From Heteronotia binoei (taxonomy: Eukaryota): a stretch of DNA of 64,000 nt. Of the stretch, positions 34,141 to 43,766 are shown in pieces (the stretch's first letter is position 1; each line of letters opens with the position of its first letter). Both the position numbers and the translations under genes were made by a program. Where the stretch lies: NCBI RefSeq assembly GCF_032191835.1, contig NC_083226.1, forward strand, positions 2,418,001-2,482,000, written 5' to 3'. The notes under the pieces were generated by a model. The model was not told the DNA's origin. It did no database searches and saw only the letters and a program-made list of their open reading frames with translations.

Positions 34141-34837
34141 AACGGCCCTGTTGGAAGAACAGGACGTGTTCGCGGTGCCTGCGAGGCACGTTGATCAGAC
34201 GGAAGAATTTTCTCTTTGAAGGCCCCTGCCTTTTACTTCAGCCGCAATCGGCGGCGGGCAGGGAAGTCGCCGTCAGCGTTAGGCTTTGCCTAACAAAAAC
34301 GGCTCGTGCATCGGCTGCCGCGGAGAGAGGGAAACGAAGGTCGCCTCTTTCTAGCCTGCGCAGGAGGCGTTGGTGTGAGCGGCAAAGCCGACAGTCTGGT
34401 CCCACGCAGCGCCGGCTGGCGTAGTGCAGACGACCAGGGCCCGGTTTTTACCCGGCGGAAGACCTTGGCGAGGGCTCCAGGCAGCGGTTTACTCGTGTGT
34501 AGGTAAGCCGTCTGGGAGAAAGAGCGGGAAACCTTTCTGGTTTCGCTCTGCCCTTATTCTTGGGACGGGCTCTGCTGTAAGGAGGACAGCCCACCCAGGA
34601 GCTTGCAGCTGCCCCCCCCTTTTTTCCTGCCTCCCTGCGGGGAGCGGGTAGAACGTTAGTTAATTCAGCCTCTCCTTTTCCAGACACGCGCCGCGTGGTC
34701 AGGAAGGGAGGGGGGAGGTCGGGGTTGGCTTGTTGTCGCCCTGTAGGGGTCGCCTTAGCAGGCTTTTAACCTGGGAATGGCAGTTTCCTTTTCCCTTTTT
34801 TGTGTTCACTTTCGTTTCAGCCTCCTGCGCAGTGGAG

Positions 34838-36205
34838 ATGGCTGACGAACAGGAGCAGGGGACAGGTTCAAACAGCGACTTCTCCATGCCTAAGTATTCT
34901 GGCTCAGCTTCTGAAAGGGATCGTGAGGAGTCTGACCCGGACTTATCCGGAGAGAATGCCAAACTGAATTTACTTGCTTGGTTAAAAAGGGAACTTAGCA
35001 AGGAATTTGCCCCGGCTCAGGACGCCGCTGCGCATGCTCACCCTCGGAAGAGGAAGAGGCAAGCGGTTTCAGATTTTGCCATGGCCCCTACAGACCCTAA
35101 GAAGGCAAGATTGAGTAAGAACTTAGAGTCTCCTAGTGATAGCTCGCAGGAGGAAGAGGAGGTTGCTTCCTCGGTGGACTCTTCTGCTAGAGAGGAGGGA
35201 GAACTCTCTGAGGAGGAAGATGATACTCCCTCTGTACAGTCTAGGGTGTTCCCAGTGGAGTATTATTCTAAGCTCCTTCCTAAGGTCCTGAGGGAACTGG
35301 ACTTCACGACCACACCCAAAGAGAAGGCAGATCTAGACCCGGACCTACCTTCAGGCTCGGGAAAAATGATGCCCAAAGTGGGGGTGTCTCAGACCGGTGT
35401 ACCCTTGCCCGCTCCCTTCTTTAGTCTGATTAAAGCGGAGTGGGAGCATCCGGCCAAGCCAAAATCTAACCCACATTTATTTTCCAAGCTGTATGGGTTG
35501 AGCCCAGAGGCTACTAAGCGTCTGAAATTGCCTCTAGTGGACGATCCTGTAAATAGTTTGTTGTCCACATCGGTGCTGCCTATGGATGCAGACGGCCTAC
35601 CTAAGGATGCTTGTGACAGGCGGATGGAACAGGCCCTACGAAAAAACTTTGAAGCTTCGGCTTGGTCCATCCGGGCTTCTTCAGCGGGCTCCCTGTTTGC
35701 GCGTGCAGTTTATACCTGGGCTTCTAATTTGGCGTCAGCTGATAGTGATGCGCCAAAAGAGTTCAAAGATGAGCTCAAGAAAATAGCCCTGGGCACAGCA
35801 TTTATTGCAGATGCAACCTTGGACGCTATGCAGTTGTCTGCTAGGGCAGTGGCATGCAGTGTAGCAGCACGTAGAAATGTCTGGCTTCGAACTTGGGAGG
35901 CCGATGCAGCGGCTCAGGCCCGATTAGCAGCTGTTCCATTTAAGGGTGTGAGTCTCTTCGGGGACGAATTGGAGCGCTTCCTGATTGAGGGGAAGGACAA
36001 GATGAAGGTTTTGCCTTCTAAGAGGAAGGACTTTAAGTCTAAGAAGCCTTTTCAGCCCTTTCGGGACTCTAAAAAGTTCTCACGGCCTGCGTCGTTCAAG
36101 CCCTTTCGAGGGAAGTGGCAGTCTCGCAGTAGGGATACCAAACCCTTTGCCAACCGTAGTGACAAAGGAAATAAGAGTGACTCCAAAAAGGGAGGGTCAC
36201 AATGA
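34838..36205 (+). CDS. DIRS ORF1 (gag-like, 455 aa from the first in-frame ATG)
   Basis: Uninterrupted; acidic N-terminus, EWEHP...LYGL...LPLVDDPV, LPKDACDRRME, RRNVWLRTW...LFGDEL, basic C-terminus. Confidence 0.88.
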   Translation: MADEQEQGTGSNSDFSMPKYSGSASERDREESDPDLSGENAKLNLLAWLKRELSKEFAPAQDAAAHAHPRKRKRQAVSDFAMAPTDPKKARLSKNLESPSDSSQEEEEVASSVDSSAREEGELSEEEDDTPSVQSRVFPVEYYSKLLPKVLRELDFTTTPKEKADLDPDLPSGSGKMMPKVGVSQTGVPLPAPFFSLIKAEWEHPAKPKSNPHLFSKLYGLSPEATKRLKLPLVDDPVNSLLSTSVLPMDADGLPKDACDRRMEQALRKNFEASAWSIRASSAGSLFARAVYTWASNLASADSDAPKEFKDELKKIALGTAFIADATLDAMQLSARAVACSVAARRNVWLRTWEADAAAQARLAAVPFKGVSLFGDELERFLIEGKDKMKVLPSKRKDFKSKKPFQPFRDSKKFSRPASFKPFRGKWQSRSRDTKPFANRSDKGNKSDSKKGGSQ

Positions 36206-38105
36206 CTATGCCACAAGGCCAGATCTGGTTCCTATCGGAGGGCGGCTTCAGTTTTTTGCAGCTCAATGGAAGGCTTCGGTGGCAGACCAATGGGTGATCG
36301 ACACGGTTTCCAAGGGCTACGCCTTGGAACTGGATTTCTTCCCACGTCAGAGGTTTCGTCCAGTCTTGAGGAAGCAGGATCCAATCAAGCACCTGGGAAT
36401 GCTGGGTGCTATTCAGCATCTTCTGGACATCAGGGCCATAGAACCGGTACCCCCAACTCAGAGGGGTCTCGGGGTGTACTCCATTTTGTTCCTGGTTCCG
36501 AAGCAGAATGGCGATACCCGGGCCATTCTGGACCTGAAGTGGGTCAACCGCTTTGTCAAGACCAAAAAGTTCCGGATGGAGACTTTGCGTTCCATTCTCT
36601 TGGCAGTGCAGGAACGAGAGTATCTGACGTCAATCGATCTGTCCGAGGCTTATTTGCACGTACCCATTCGACCAAGTCACCGTCGGTTCCTCAGGTTCGC
36701 CTACGATGGGAAGCACTTCCAATACCGGGCCCTGCCTTTCGGGCTCAAGTCTTCCCCGCGAGTGTTCACGAAGATCATGGTGGCGTTGGTGGCTCATTTA
36801 CGGATGGGGGGCGTGGCTCTTCATCCGTACCTGGACGATTTGTTGGTCAGGGCCGCTTCGCATCAGCAGAGTCTGGAGGACACCGAACGGACAGTGCAGG
36901 TGCTGCTGGACCACGGGTTTGTGGTCAACAGAGAAAAAAGCAACCTTGTTCCTACGCAAGCGATAGTGCATCTGGGGGTCCTGATCGATACTCAGAGGCA
37001 CAGAGTGTTTCTGTCGGAAGGCCGACAGGTGAAGCTCAGGTCCTTGATGGAGGAGGTGCTGGCTTTAACTCAGGTTCCTGTAATGACTCTAGCGAAGCTG
37101 TTAGGGGTTCTGGTTTCTTGCCAGGATGTGCTGGCTTGGGCGCGTTTCCATCTACGGCCTCTGCAATGTTTTCTGATTCCCTTTCAGCACGTGATAGCTC
37201 GCAAGCTACACAAACTAGTGACTCTTCCACCGGAGCTACGGCGGCAACTCCAGTGGTGGTTGGAACCATCCCGGTTTCAACAGGGGGTTGCGATGGCGGA
37301 GCCACAGAGGATAGTAGTGACGACGGATTCCAGTCTCTCCGGATGGGGAGCGCATTCTCAAGGGGCGATGTGTCAAGGTCAGTGGTCTCTACTGGAGTCT
37401 CGGCAGAGCATCAATCTGTTGGAGCTGCGGGCGATCCGTCTAGGGTTGTTACGCTTCCAGACTTCGCTACAGGGGCGTCACGTGTTGGTAAAGACGGACA
37501 ATGTGACAGCAAAAGCCTATGTCAATCGACAAGGCGGGACCAGAATCAAGAAACTGTGCTGCGAGGCCAACAGTCTGCTAAATTGGGCGGAGAGGTATCT
37601 CTTGTCCATAAAGGCGGTGCACGTAGCCGGAAAAGACAACGGACTGGCGGACTGGCTCAGCCGGCAACGGCTGGATCAGTCGGAGTGGTCTCTGGACACG
37701 AGGGTCTTCCAGGCGCTTCAGGACAAATACGGCAGAGTGGCGGTGGACTTGTTTGCAACCCCGGTCAATCGTCAAGTGCGGCGGTTTTTTGCCAAACAGA
37801 ACTGCGATCAGGCGGAGGGCGTAGACGCTCTCAACTGCGACTGGCCGGACGGCCTGTTGTATGCCTTTCCGCCACTGCAGTTGATTCCCCGGTTGGTGAA
37901 CAAAGTTCTTCAACAGTCTGCGGAGCTGGTATTGATAGCCCCCTTCTGGCCGAGACGGGGGTGGTTTCAGGATCTATTGCGGCTGTCGACGGAAAAGCCT
38001 TGGCGTCTGCCAGTGTCCGAAACGTTGCTGAAGCAAGGGACGGTGCTTCACCCTCAACCGGGCATGCTGCAGTTAACTGCGTGGAGGTTGAGCGGGCGCA
38101 GTTAG
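36147..38105 (+). CDS. DIRS ORF2: reverse transcriptase - RNase H - adenine methyltransferase-like domain
   Basis: GGRLQFFAAQW, RAILDLKWVN, SIDLSEAY, LPFGL, YLDD, TTDSSLSGWGA, INLLELRAI, DNGLADWLSR, DLFAT...YAFPP; no stops in 652 codons; true start unknown. Confidence 0.92.
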   Translation: MPTVVTKEIRVTPKREGHNDYATRPDLVPIGGRLQFFAAQWKASVADQWVIDTVSKGYALELDFFPRQRFRPVLRKQDPIKHLGMLGAIQHLLDIRAIEPVPPTQRGLGVYSILFLVPKQNGDTRAILDLKWVNRFVKTKKFRMETLRSILLAVQEREYLTSIDLSEAYLHVPIRPSHRRFLRFAYDGKHFQYRALPFGLKSSPRVFTKIMVALVAHLRMGGVALHPYLDDLLVRAASHQQSLEDTERTVQVLLDHGFVVNREKSNLVPTQAIVHLGVLIDTQRHRVFLSEGRQVKLRSLMEEVLALTQVPVMTLAKLLGVLVSCQDVLAWARFHLRPLQCFLIPFQHVIARKLHKLVTLPPELRRQLQWWLEPSRFQQGVAMAEPQRIVVTTDSSLSGWGAHSQGAMCQGQWSLLESRQSINLLELRAIRLGLLRFQTSLQGRHVLVKTDNVTAKAYVNRQGGTRIKKLCCEANSLLNWAERYLLSIKAVHVAGKDNGLADWLSRQRLDQSEWSLDTRVFQALQDKYGRVAVDLFATPVNRQVRRFFAKQNCDQAEGVDALNCDWPDGLLYAFPPLQLIPRLVNKVLQQSAELVLIAPFWPRRGWFQDLLRLSTEKPWRLPVSETLLKQGTVLHPQPGMLQLTAWRLSGRS

Positions 38106-39130
38106 CTAAGTTGGGGTTTGACTCCACAGTGATTGACACTATGCTGGCCTCTAAGAAGGGTTCTACCACTCGGGTGTATAATAACACTTGGCGGGTGTTC
38201 TCTCGTTGGTGTGACGAAAGGGGTTGGGATCCCTTGAGGTTACCTGTCCGGAAGCTGTTGCTCTTCCTACAAGAGGGCTTGGATAAGGGGTTGGCCACTA
38301 ATACCCTTCGTAGACAGGTGGCAGCTATTGCGGCTGTGCGTGGAACTAAAAGAGGGGGTTCTTTGACACGGCACCCACATGTTAAGCGTTTTTTAAGGGG
38401 GGTGTCCTTGTTAAATCCTCCTACAGCACATAGGTTTCCTACCTGGAGGTTAAACGTGGTGCTGAAGGCGTTGTGCCATGCACCTTTCGAGCCCATGGCC
38501 ACCTGTAACCTGAAGGATCTTACCCTTAAAACATTGTTTTTGGTGGGGATAACTTCGGCCCGCAGGGTTTCCGAGTTACGGGCCCTTTCAGTGGATAAAG
38601 ACCTCTGTACCTTTCACAACGACAGGGTGGTGTTGAGACCTGATCCGACGTTTGTTCCCAAGGTGAATTCAGTTTTCCACCGGTCTCAGGAGGTGGTGTT
38701 ACCCGCATTCTGCCCTAATCCCAAGCACGAGAGGGAAGCGGAATGGCACCGACTGGATGTACGACGTGCCTTGAGTTTTTATATTAATAGAACCAAGGAT
38801 TTTCGGAGGTCCGAGTCCTTGTTTGTTTCCTTTTCCTCCCCCTCGCTGGGGAAACCAGTTTCTCCCTCAACTTTAAGCAGGTGGTTGGGGCAGTGTATTT
38901 CGGCCGCTTATGCAGCGTCAGGGTTGGAGCCTCCAGGAGGCGTTACGGCTCACTCCTTACGGGGGGCGGCTACTTCTGCAGTATACAAGTCCTTCTCATC
39001 TTTAGAAGGCATCTGTAGGGCAGCTACCTGGAGTTCTGTCCATTCATTCACCAGGCATTATAGGGTGGATAGGTGGGCAGCGGCTGAGGCGGCCTTTGGT
39101 CGCAGAGTGTTGCAGCAGGTCATACATTGA
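36266..39130 (+). CDS. DIRS ORF3: tyrosine recombinase with a long N-terminal arm overlapping ORF2 (954 aa)
   Basis: Catalytic set intact: SARRVSEL (R), FVPKV (K), HSLR (HxxR), RAATW (W), FTRHY (Y); core-binding region STTRVYNNTWRVF. Confidence 0.92.
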   Translation: MEGFGGRPMGDRHGFQGLRLGTGFLPTSEVSSSLEEAGSNQAPGNAGCYSASSGHQGHRTGTPNSEGSRGVLHFVPGSEAEWRYPGHSGPEVGQPLCQDQKVPDGDFAFHSLGSAGTRVSDVNRSVRGLFARTHSTKSPSVPQVRLRWEALPIPGPAFRAQVFPASVHEDHGGVGGSFTDGGRGSSSVPGRFVGQGRFASAESGGHRTDSAGAAGPRVCGQQRKKQPCSYASDSASGGPDRYSEAQSVSVGRPTGEAQVLDGGGAGFNSGSCNDSSEAVRGSGFLPGCAGLGAFPSTASAMFSDSLSARDSSQATQTSDSSTGATAATPVVVGTIPVSTGGCDGGATEDSSDDGFQSLRMGSAFSRGDVSRSVVSTGVSAEHQSVGAAGDPSRVVTLPDFATGASRVGKDGQCDSKSLCQSTRRDQNQETVLRGQQSAKLGGEVSLVHKGGARSRKRQRTGGLAQPATAGSVGVVSGHEGLPGASGQIRQSGGGLVCNPGQSSSAAVFCQTELRSGGGRRRSQLRLAGRPVVCLSATAVDSPVGEQSSSTVCGAGIDSPLLAETGVVSGSIAAVDGKALASASVRNVAEARDGASPSTGHAAVNCVEVERAQLAKLGFDSTVIDTMLASKKGSTTRVYNNTWRVFSRWCDERGWDPLRLPVRKLLLFLQEGLDKGLATNTLRRQVAAIAAVRGTKRGGSLTRHPHVKRFLRGVSLLNPPTAHRFPTWRLNVVLKALCHAPFEPMATCNLKDLTLKTLFLVGITSARRVSELRALSVDKDLCTFHNDRVVLRPDPTFVPKVNSVFHRSQEVVLPAFCPNPKHEREAEWHRLDVRRALSFYINRTKDFRRSESLFVSFSSPSLGKPVSPSTLSRWLGQCISAAYAASGLEPPGGVTAHSLRGAATSAVYKSFSSLEGICRAATWSSVHSFTRHYRVDRWAAAEAAFGRRVLQQVIH

Positions 39131-39169
39131 AGGTACAGGCCCGCCCAGGGTACATATTGCTTTTGTATG

Positions 39170-39276
39170 TCCCAACAGTTCAGGACCGTCCCACTACCAC
39201 GGACCACCGGAGAACGGAAGATTGGAAGCTCTTACCGTGAAGCTTCCTTCTCGGTGGTCCTGGAGTGGGACGGTCC
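39170..39276 (+). repeat. DIRS internal complementary region (ICR)
   Basis: 39170-39214 is the exact rc of 34012-34056 (45 nt); 39212-39276 is the exact rc of 39602-39666 (65 nt); the halves overlap at GAA. Confidence 0.97.
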
Positions 39277-39504
39277 ACCCCACCCGGTGTGGTACCTTCC
39301 TCTAGGCAGATAGCAATGCGAATTAGTCGCGGGGGGTACTGGGGCACGGGGGGCGAAAGTTTGTTATCTGGCTGTTTGCCGTTACTTCGGCTGGTTGCAG
39401 CTATTAAAATGGAGTTGCATCATTATGGTCTCCGAGTGGTTTGTTCCTATGATGCAGAGTTTTGTTTTGTAGATTTATGCAGTAGGGGGAGCATGGCTGT
39501 TCTA

Positions 39505-39666
39505 TGGACTGACGAGGTCCTAAGGGAGCGGCCCCTCCCCCAGGCCGGATCAAGCGATCAACGACCCTGTTCCGGAGGAGGAGCCTACTCCCAACAGTTC
39601 AGGACCGTCCCACTCCAGGACCACCGAGAAGGAAGCTTCACGGTAAGAGCTTCCAATCTTCCGTTC
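39505..39666 (-). repeat. DIRS right ITR plus 36-nt right extension
   Basis: 39505-39630 is inverted relative to the left ITR; 39631-39666 has its complement only in the ICR. Confidence 0.95.
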
Positions 39667-40339
39667 TTCTCCAGGCTGGTTTAGCCAAGGATCCTGGAAG
39701 TTTATTTTTTTGCCATCTTCTGTGCATGGAGCAGGGGTCACTGTGGATATATGTGTGTGGGGAAGGTATTTGTAAGTTTCCTGCATTGTGCAGGGGGTTC
39801 AACTAGATGACCCTGGAGGTCCCTTCCAACTCTATGACTCCATGTTTGGGTACATTTTAAGACTGTGACATTCTTCAGTATGAATAGATGTTTAAATCTT
39901 CTATCTAACTGTATCTGACATGACTTGACAGCCGTGTACACTTCAGGTGGGGTTATTCTTGAAAACTCTACAACTTGATGGCAGAAGAAAAAGAAAAAAA
40001 AAATGGTACAGGAGTCTCCTGCAGTACTCTGTTGTCTCACCAGTTATTTATTTCAAACACTGAAACCCTGTGGTCTCCACTCAAGGCACTGTCCATAATA
40101 CTACATTAAAAAACAGTTCAAAAACAATAACATCACGAAAAGAACAAAACAACCACCATAAAGCTATTTAACACAGCAATAAATGAAATGGGGGAAAACT
40201 CTTAAAAGCGACATAAAATACCAAATAAGGCTAGTAAAAATCATTAAAAGCAGGACAAGATCACCAAAACATCAGTGATAAAAGAAGGGAACTTCTTAAA
40301 ACATAATAATAGAACTTGCAGCCTAGATGAAGCAGGAAA

Positions 40340-40850
40340 TCTGGTACAACTATTTTACCTAAAAGCCTGGGAGAATAACAGAGTCTTTACCTGATGCCCG
40401 ATGGATGGACTGTTTAGCACCAGGTGTGCTTCTGTAGGAAAAGAGTTGGCCAATAGTGGCATCACAACAGGACACAGAGAAGGCCCTTCGAGAAGGATCT
40501 TAACTGGCAGGCACTCTTCTGTTCTTGCCCTTTATTAGGGCTTTATAGGTAACAGCTAGCTTCTTGAAAGGTACCTTGAAGCAAACCAGGAGTGTCAATA
40601 AAACTTTTGAAACGGGTATATTTTCCTATGTTGCTGACTCCCTCTTTGAAGCTTCAGCTGGTCCAGTCCATCCTTGAGAAGCACAGCTGGGCCACAGTTA
40701 TCCATGCCTGGATGACACCCAAGTTAGACTACTACAATAAGCTCTTTGTGGGGCTGCTTCTGGAGATTATTCAGAAACTTTATTTTGTCCAAAATGTGCC
40801 AGGTATGCTTCAAGAAGTCTCAGGGTTTTTTCTCCATTGCTCCAGTGTTT
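40340..40850. mobile_element. Degraded L2 fragments
   Basis: ATVIHAWMTPKLDYYNKLFVGL...QKLYFVQN on the + strand is L2 ORF2-like; an upstream piece appears to be on the minus strand. Confidence 0.5.
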
Positions 40851-41407
40851 ACTTCTAAATAAAATTTAATTTAATTTTTCAATTTATACCCCACCCTATC
40901 CCGCAAGCGGGCTCGGGGTGGCTTACAGCACTAAAACAACATTAAAATGAAGCACATCCAGATTAAGACAACATCAGAAAAAAATAGAAAAGAATCCATT
41001 TAAAACTATTCTACTCCCTTTTAAGGAGAAGCTTATTCCGAATTTAATTTTTCTCTTGTGTTAGTCAAAGCGCTTTCTCTTGCCAGTTTATCATTTCTGT
41101 TAGGAATCCATTTGTTTAGTATAATTAAAAAATATCAAAAATATGAGCTGTAATTTATGTTGACACAGCTTTTTAATAGACTGGCTCCTATCATCTAGAC
41201 AGCCAGTATTAGCCTGCAGCTTAGTTAAATAAATTGAAACATCACAGTAACACACTAAATGTGTTACTTATCTGTGTTAATCATGCTGAATTACAATTCA
41301 GTTCAACAACGGTTTATGAAAATGCCGCCATTGACAGCAGGAAATGCTTAGAAATCCTTAGAAACGTAGAAGAGGAGGTTTTAATACCCTGCTTTTCTTT
41401 ACCCATA

Positions 41408-41706
41408 GAGCCCCGTGGCGCTGAGTGGTAAAGCTGCAGTACTGCAGTCGGAGCCCTCTGCTCACAGCCTGAGTTCGATCCCAGCGGAAGCTGGTTCAGG
41501 TAGCCAGCTCCAGGTTGACTCAGCCTTCCATTCTTCTGAGGTCGGTAAAATGAGTACCCAGCTTGCTGGGGGGGAAGTGTAGATGACTGGGGAAGGCAAT
41601 GGCAAACCACCCCGTAAAAAGTCTGCCGTGAAAATGTTGTGAAAGCAACGTCACCCCAAAGTTGAAAACGATTGGTGCTTGCACAGGGGACTGCCTTGAC
41701 CTTTAA
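41408..41706 (+). mobile_element. Sauria SINE (Squam1), full length
   Basis: tRNA-like head (A box TGGCGCTGAGTGG, B box GAGTTCGATCC), core GGTTGACTCAGCCTTCCAT, tail GGTGCTTGCACAGGGGAC. Confidence 0.88.
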
Positions 41707-42779
41707 TAGGCACTGATGGACCTCTGCTCCATATACTTATCTATTCCCCTCTTGAAGCTGGTTTACTCTGGTGGGAGCTCTGTGGTCCAGATGTGCCAGG
41801 GGGGTGATGCTTGTGTCACTTTGCTGTGCAGAGTTTTGCCATGGTGCCTTATACCCTGGCTTTTTGCCATTTTCTTCACTTAAAATGACTGTTGCTGCTT
41901 AGTGCAGAAAGCAGCAGATAAAACTGAATATGTGGCCCAGTTCACTGACAACATCATGCTTGCCTATAAATAATTAGAACGAGAGCGAAAAATTCCATGT
42001 GACTCTCTTTCCTTATCACCCTCTCAGCTCCTTGGGGAATGCCAGTCATCAGGAAAGGGGTAATAATTTTAGAAGGAAATTCAGTGGAGAATTGTTGTGT
42101 TCAGCACTATTAGCAATCCAGATGTTGAAAACAAACACTGCTTCAGCTTTTGCTTCTGTTGGTTTCAGAGACATGAAATTCTAATTCCTGCTGAGTGGTA
42201 ATGCAGTCAGGAAGCAGGAAGGGAGAGGGTCTTGTTGTGAACTGCACGCCGCCTTATTACTCCTCTTGGATTTGAAACCCACAGGCATTGTGGCACTGTA
42301 ATTATTTGAGATAATCGACTGTCTCCTTCCAGATAAGCCAAATATGTTTTTGGCAGTGTCAGAACATGGCTATTCCGTGAAAGCGAAGCCTCTTTGAATT
42401 AAGCACTGATTGTGGTAATTCTCTGGACCCTCTAAACTATCCAGGAGTCACTGAAGCCGGTGAATTGGATCCAGAGATTATTCTCTAATAGTGAGAAAAG
42501 ACTTTTGGATTCAGCCAAGTGAATATTTAAATACAAGCTTGCTGGCACCGTGTGATTGTTCTTGCTGCTGTAAAAATGCTAGACCCATTTGCTTTCCCAG
42601 GGACTGCTTAGGGGAGTGTAGGAATTTTCATTTTTGCTATGTTTTTACAAGAAGAATGTAATTAATATTGGGCATTGCTGCAAGTGCAAACTAATGGACA
42701 TGAGCTGTGTTTCTTCTCCATTAATTCCATCTATGCTTCTTGTATTAATTTCAGAGTCCTTTGCCCACACTATTGATAA

Positions 42780-43050
42780 GAGAGCTAGTTTGGTGTAGTG
42801 GTTAAGTGTGCGGACTCTTATCTGGGAGAACTGGGTTTGATTCCCCACTTCTCCACTTGCAGCTGCTGGAATGGCCTTGGGTCAGCCATAGCTCTCACAG
42901 GAGTTGTCCTTGAAAAGGCAGCTGTTGGGAGAACTCTCTCAGCCCCACCCACCTCACAGAGTGTCTGTTGTGGGGGGAGAAAATATAGGAGATTGTAAGC
43001 TGCTCTGATTCAGTGAGAAGGGCAGGGTATAAACCTGCAGTCTTCTTCTT
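42780..43050 (+). mobile_element. Squam3-type SINE
   Basis: Head to (CTT)n tail. Confidence 0.85.
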
Positions 43051-43429
43051 AAGCACGACTGCTGGTTAAAAGTTCAGTGATTGAGTTGGGTGTCAGGTAG
43101 AATTATTGGTGCAGAAGATGATGCAGAAGTTAGGTAGGATTCAGTGCTACATTTTGCTTGGTTGTGACCAGACTGGGAATCTAAGATGGCGTGCAAATGG
43201 TGTGTAAACTAATTTTCATTTTCTGAAATTCCCTGAGTGATCAAAGCGCTTTTCCTCAATAAGCGTAAGGCTCAAGAATTAGGAGAGTGGCAGAACAAAG
43301 TCTGAATCCAGTGGCACCTCTAAGACCAACAAAGTTTTATTCAAGATATGAGCTTTCGCGGACACGCACACTTCTTGTACAGTGAAGTGGAACTTACTAG
43401 TCCACTCATATAGCCGGTGATCACTGCTT

Positions 43430-43632
43430 GGAATTCTAATGCCGCTATAATGTAGGGATTCAGCACTTTAAAATGGTTTTAATAATTTTTAATTGTAATA
43501 TGTTTTTTAAACTGAAAATGTTAAATTATGGTTTTATATATTGTGCTGGTTTAATTGTGTAGATACTGTGAGCCGCCCTGAGTCCGCGTGCGGAGAGGGC
43601 GGAATATAAATCAAATGTAATAAATAAATATA
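43430..43632 (+). mobile_element. L2 3' tail
   Basis: GTGAGCCGCCCTGAGTCC...GAGGGCGGAATATAAAT...AATAAATAAATA. Confidence 0.55.
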
Positions 43633-43766
43633 GGTAGGGGTTGAGCAGAAAGTCAGCATACAGCAGAATTGAGATGTTTATCAGATTCAGGAAAAACAAG
43701 CTTAGTTTATATGGTTCCCATTTGTGGCTGCTGTGGGGTCAGCTGTTCTGCAGATAGACTTCAAGA

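Larger units (their letters stand above)
34012..39666 (+). mobile_element. Full-length, apparently intact DIRS1-type tyrosine-recombinase retrotransposon (5655 bp)
   Basis: Inverted terminal repeats, right-end extension, perfect ICR, three uninterrupted ORFs (gag, RT-RH-MT, YR); TTC at both junctions; no long TSD. Confidence 0.97.
33440..39843 (+). mobile_element. CR1 3'-UTR fragment (copy C) split by a solo LTR and the DIRS element
   Basis: Pieces 33440-33492, 33939-34011 and 39667-39843 join into a continuous CR1-type 3' end (ATGCCCAGGGAAATGCT...TTTGGGGTCAG...GCAATTCTTCTCCAGG...ACTAGATGACCCTGGAGGTCCCTTCCAACTCTATGA). Confidence 0.7.

Noticed and set aside
34730-34837. CTG-initiated N-terminal extension of DIRS gag
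   Set aside because: The extension is a Phe-rich translation of a polypyrimidine tract; the ATG at 34838 has a good context (GAGATGG).
37831-38502. Long antisense ORFs over DIRS, Gypsy and CR1 (also 5137-5911, 56442-57014)
   Set aside because: Expected shadows of GC-rich or codon-structured sense ORFs; no recognisable motifs.
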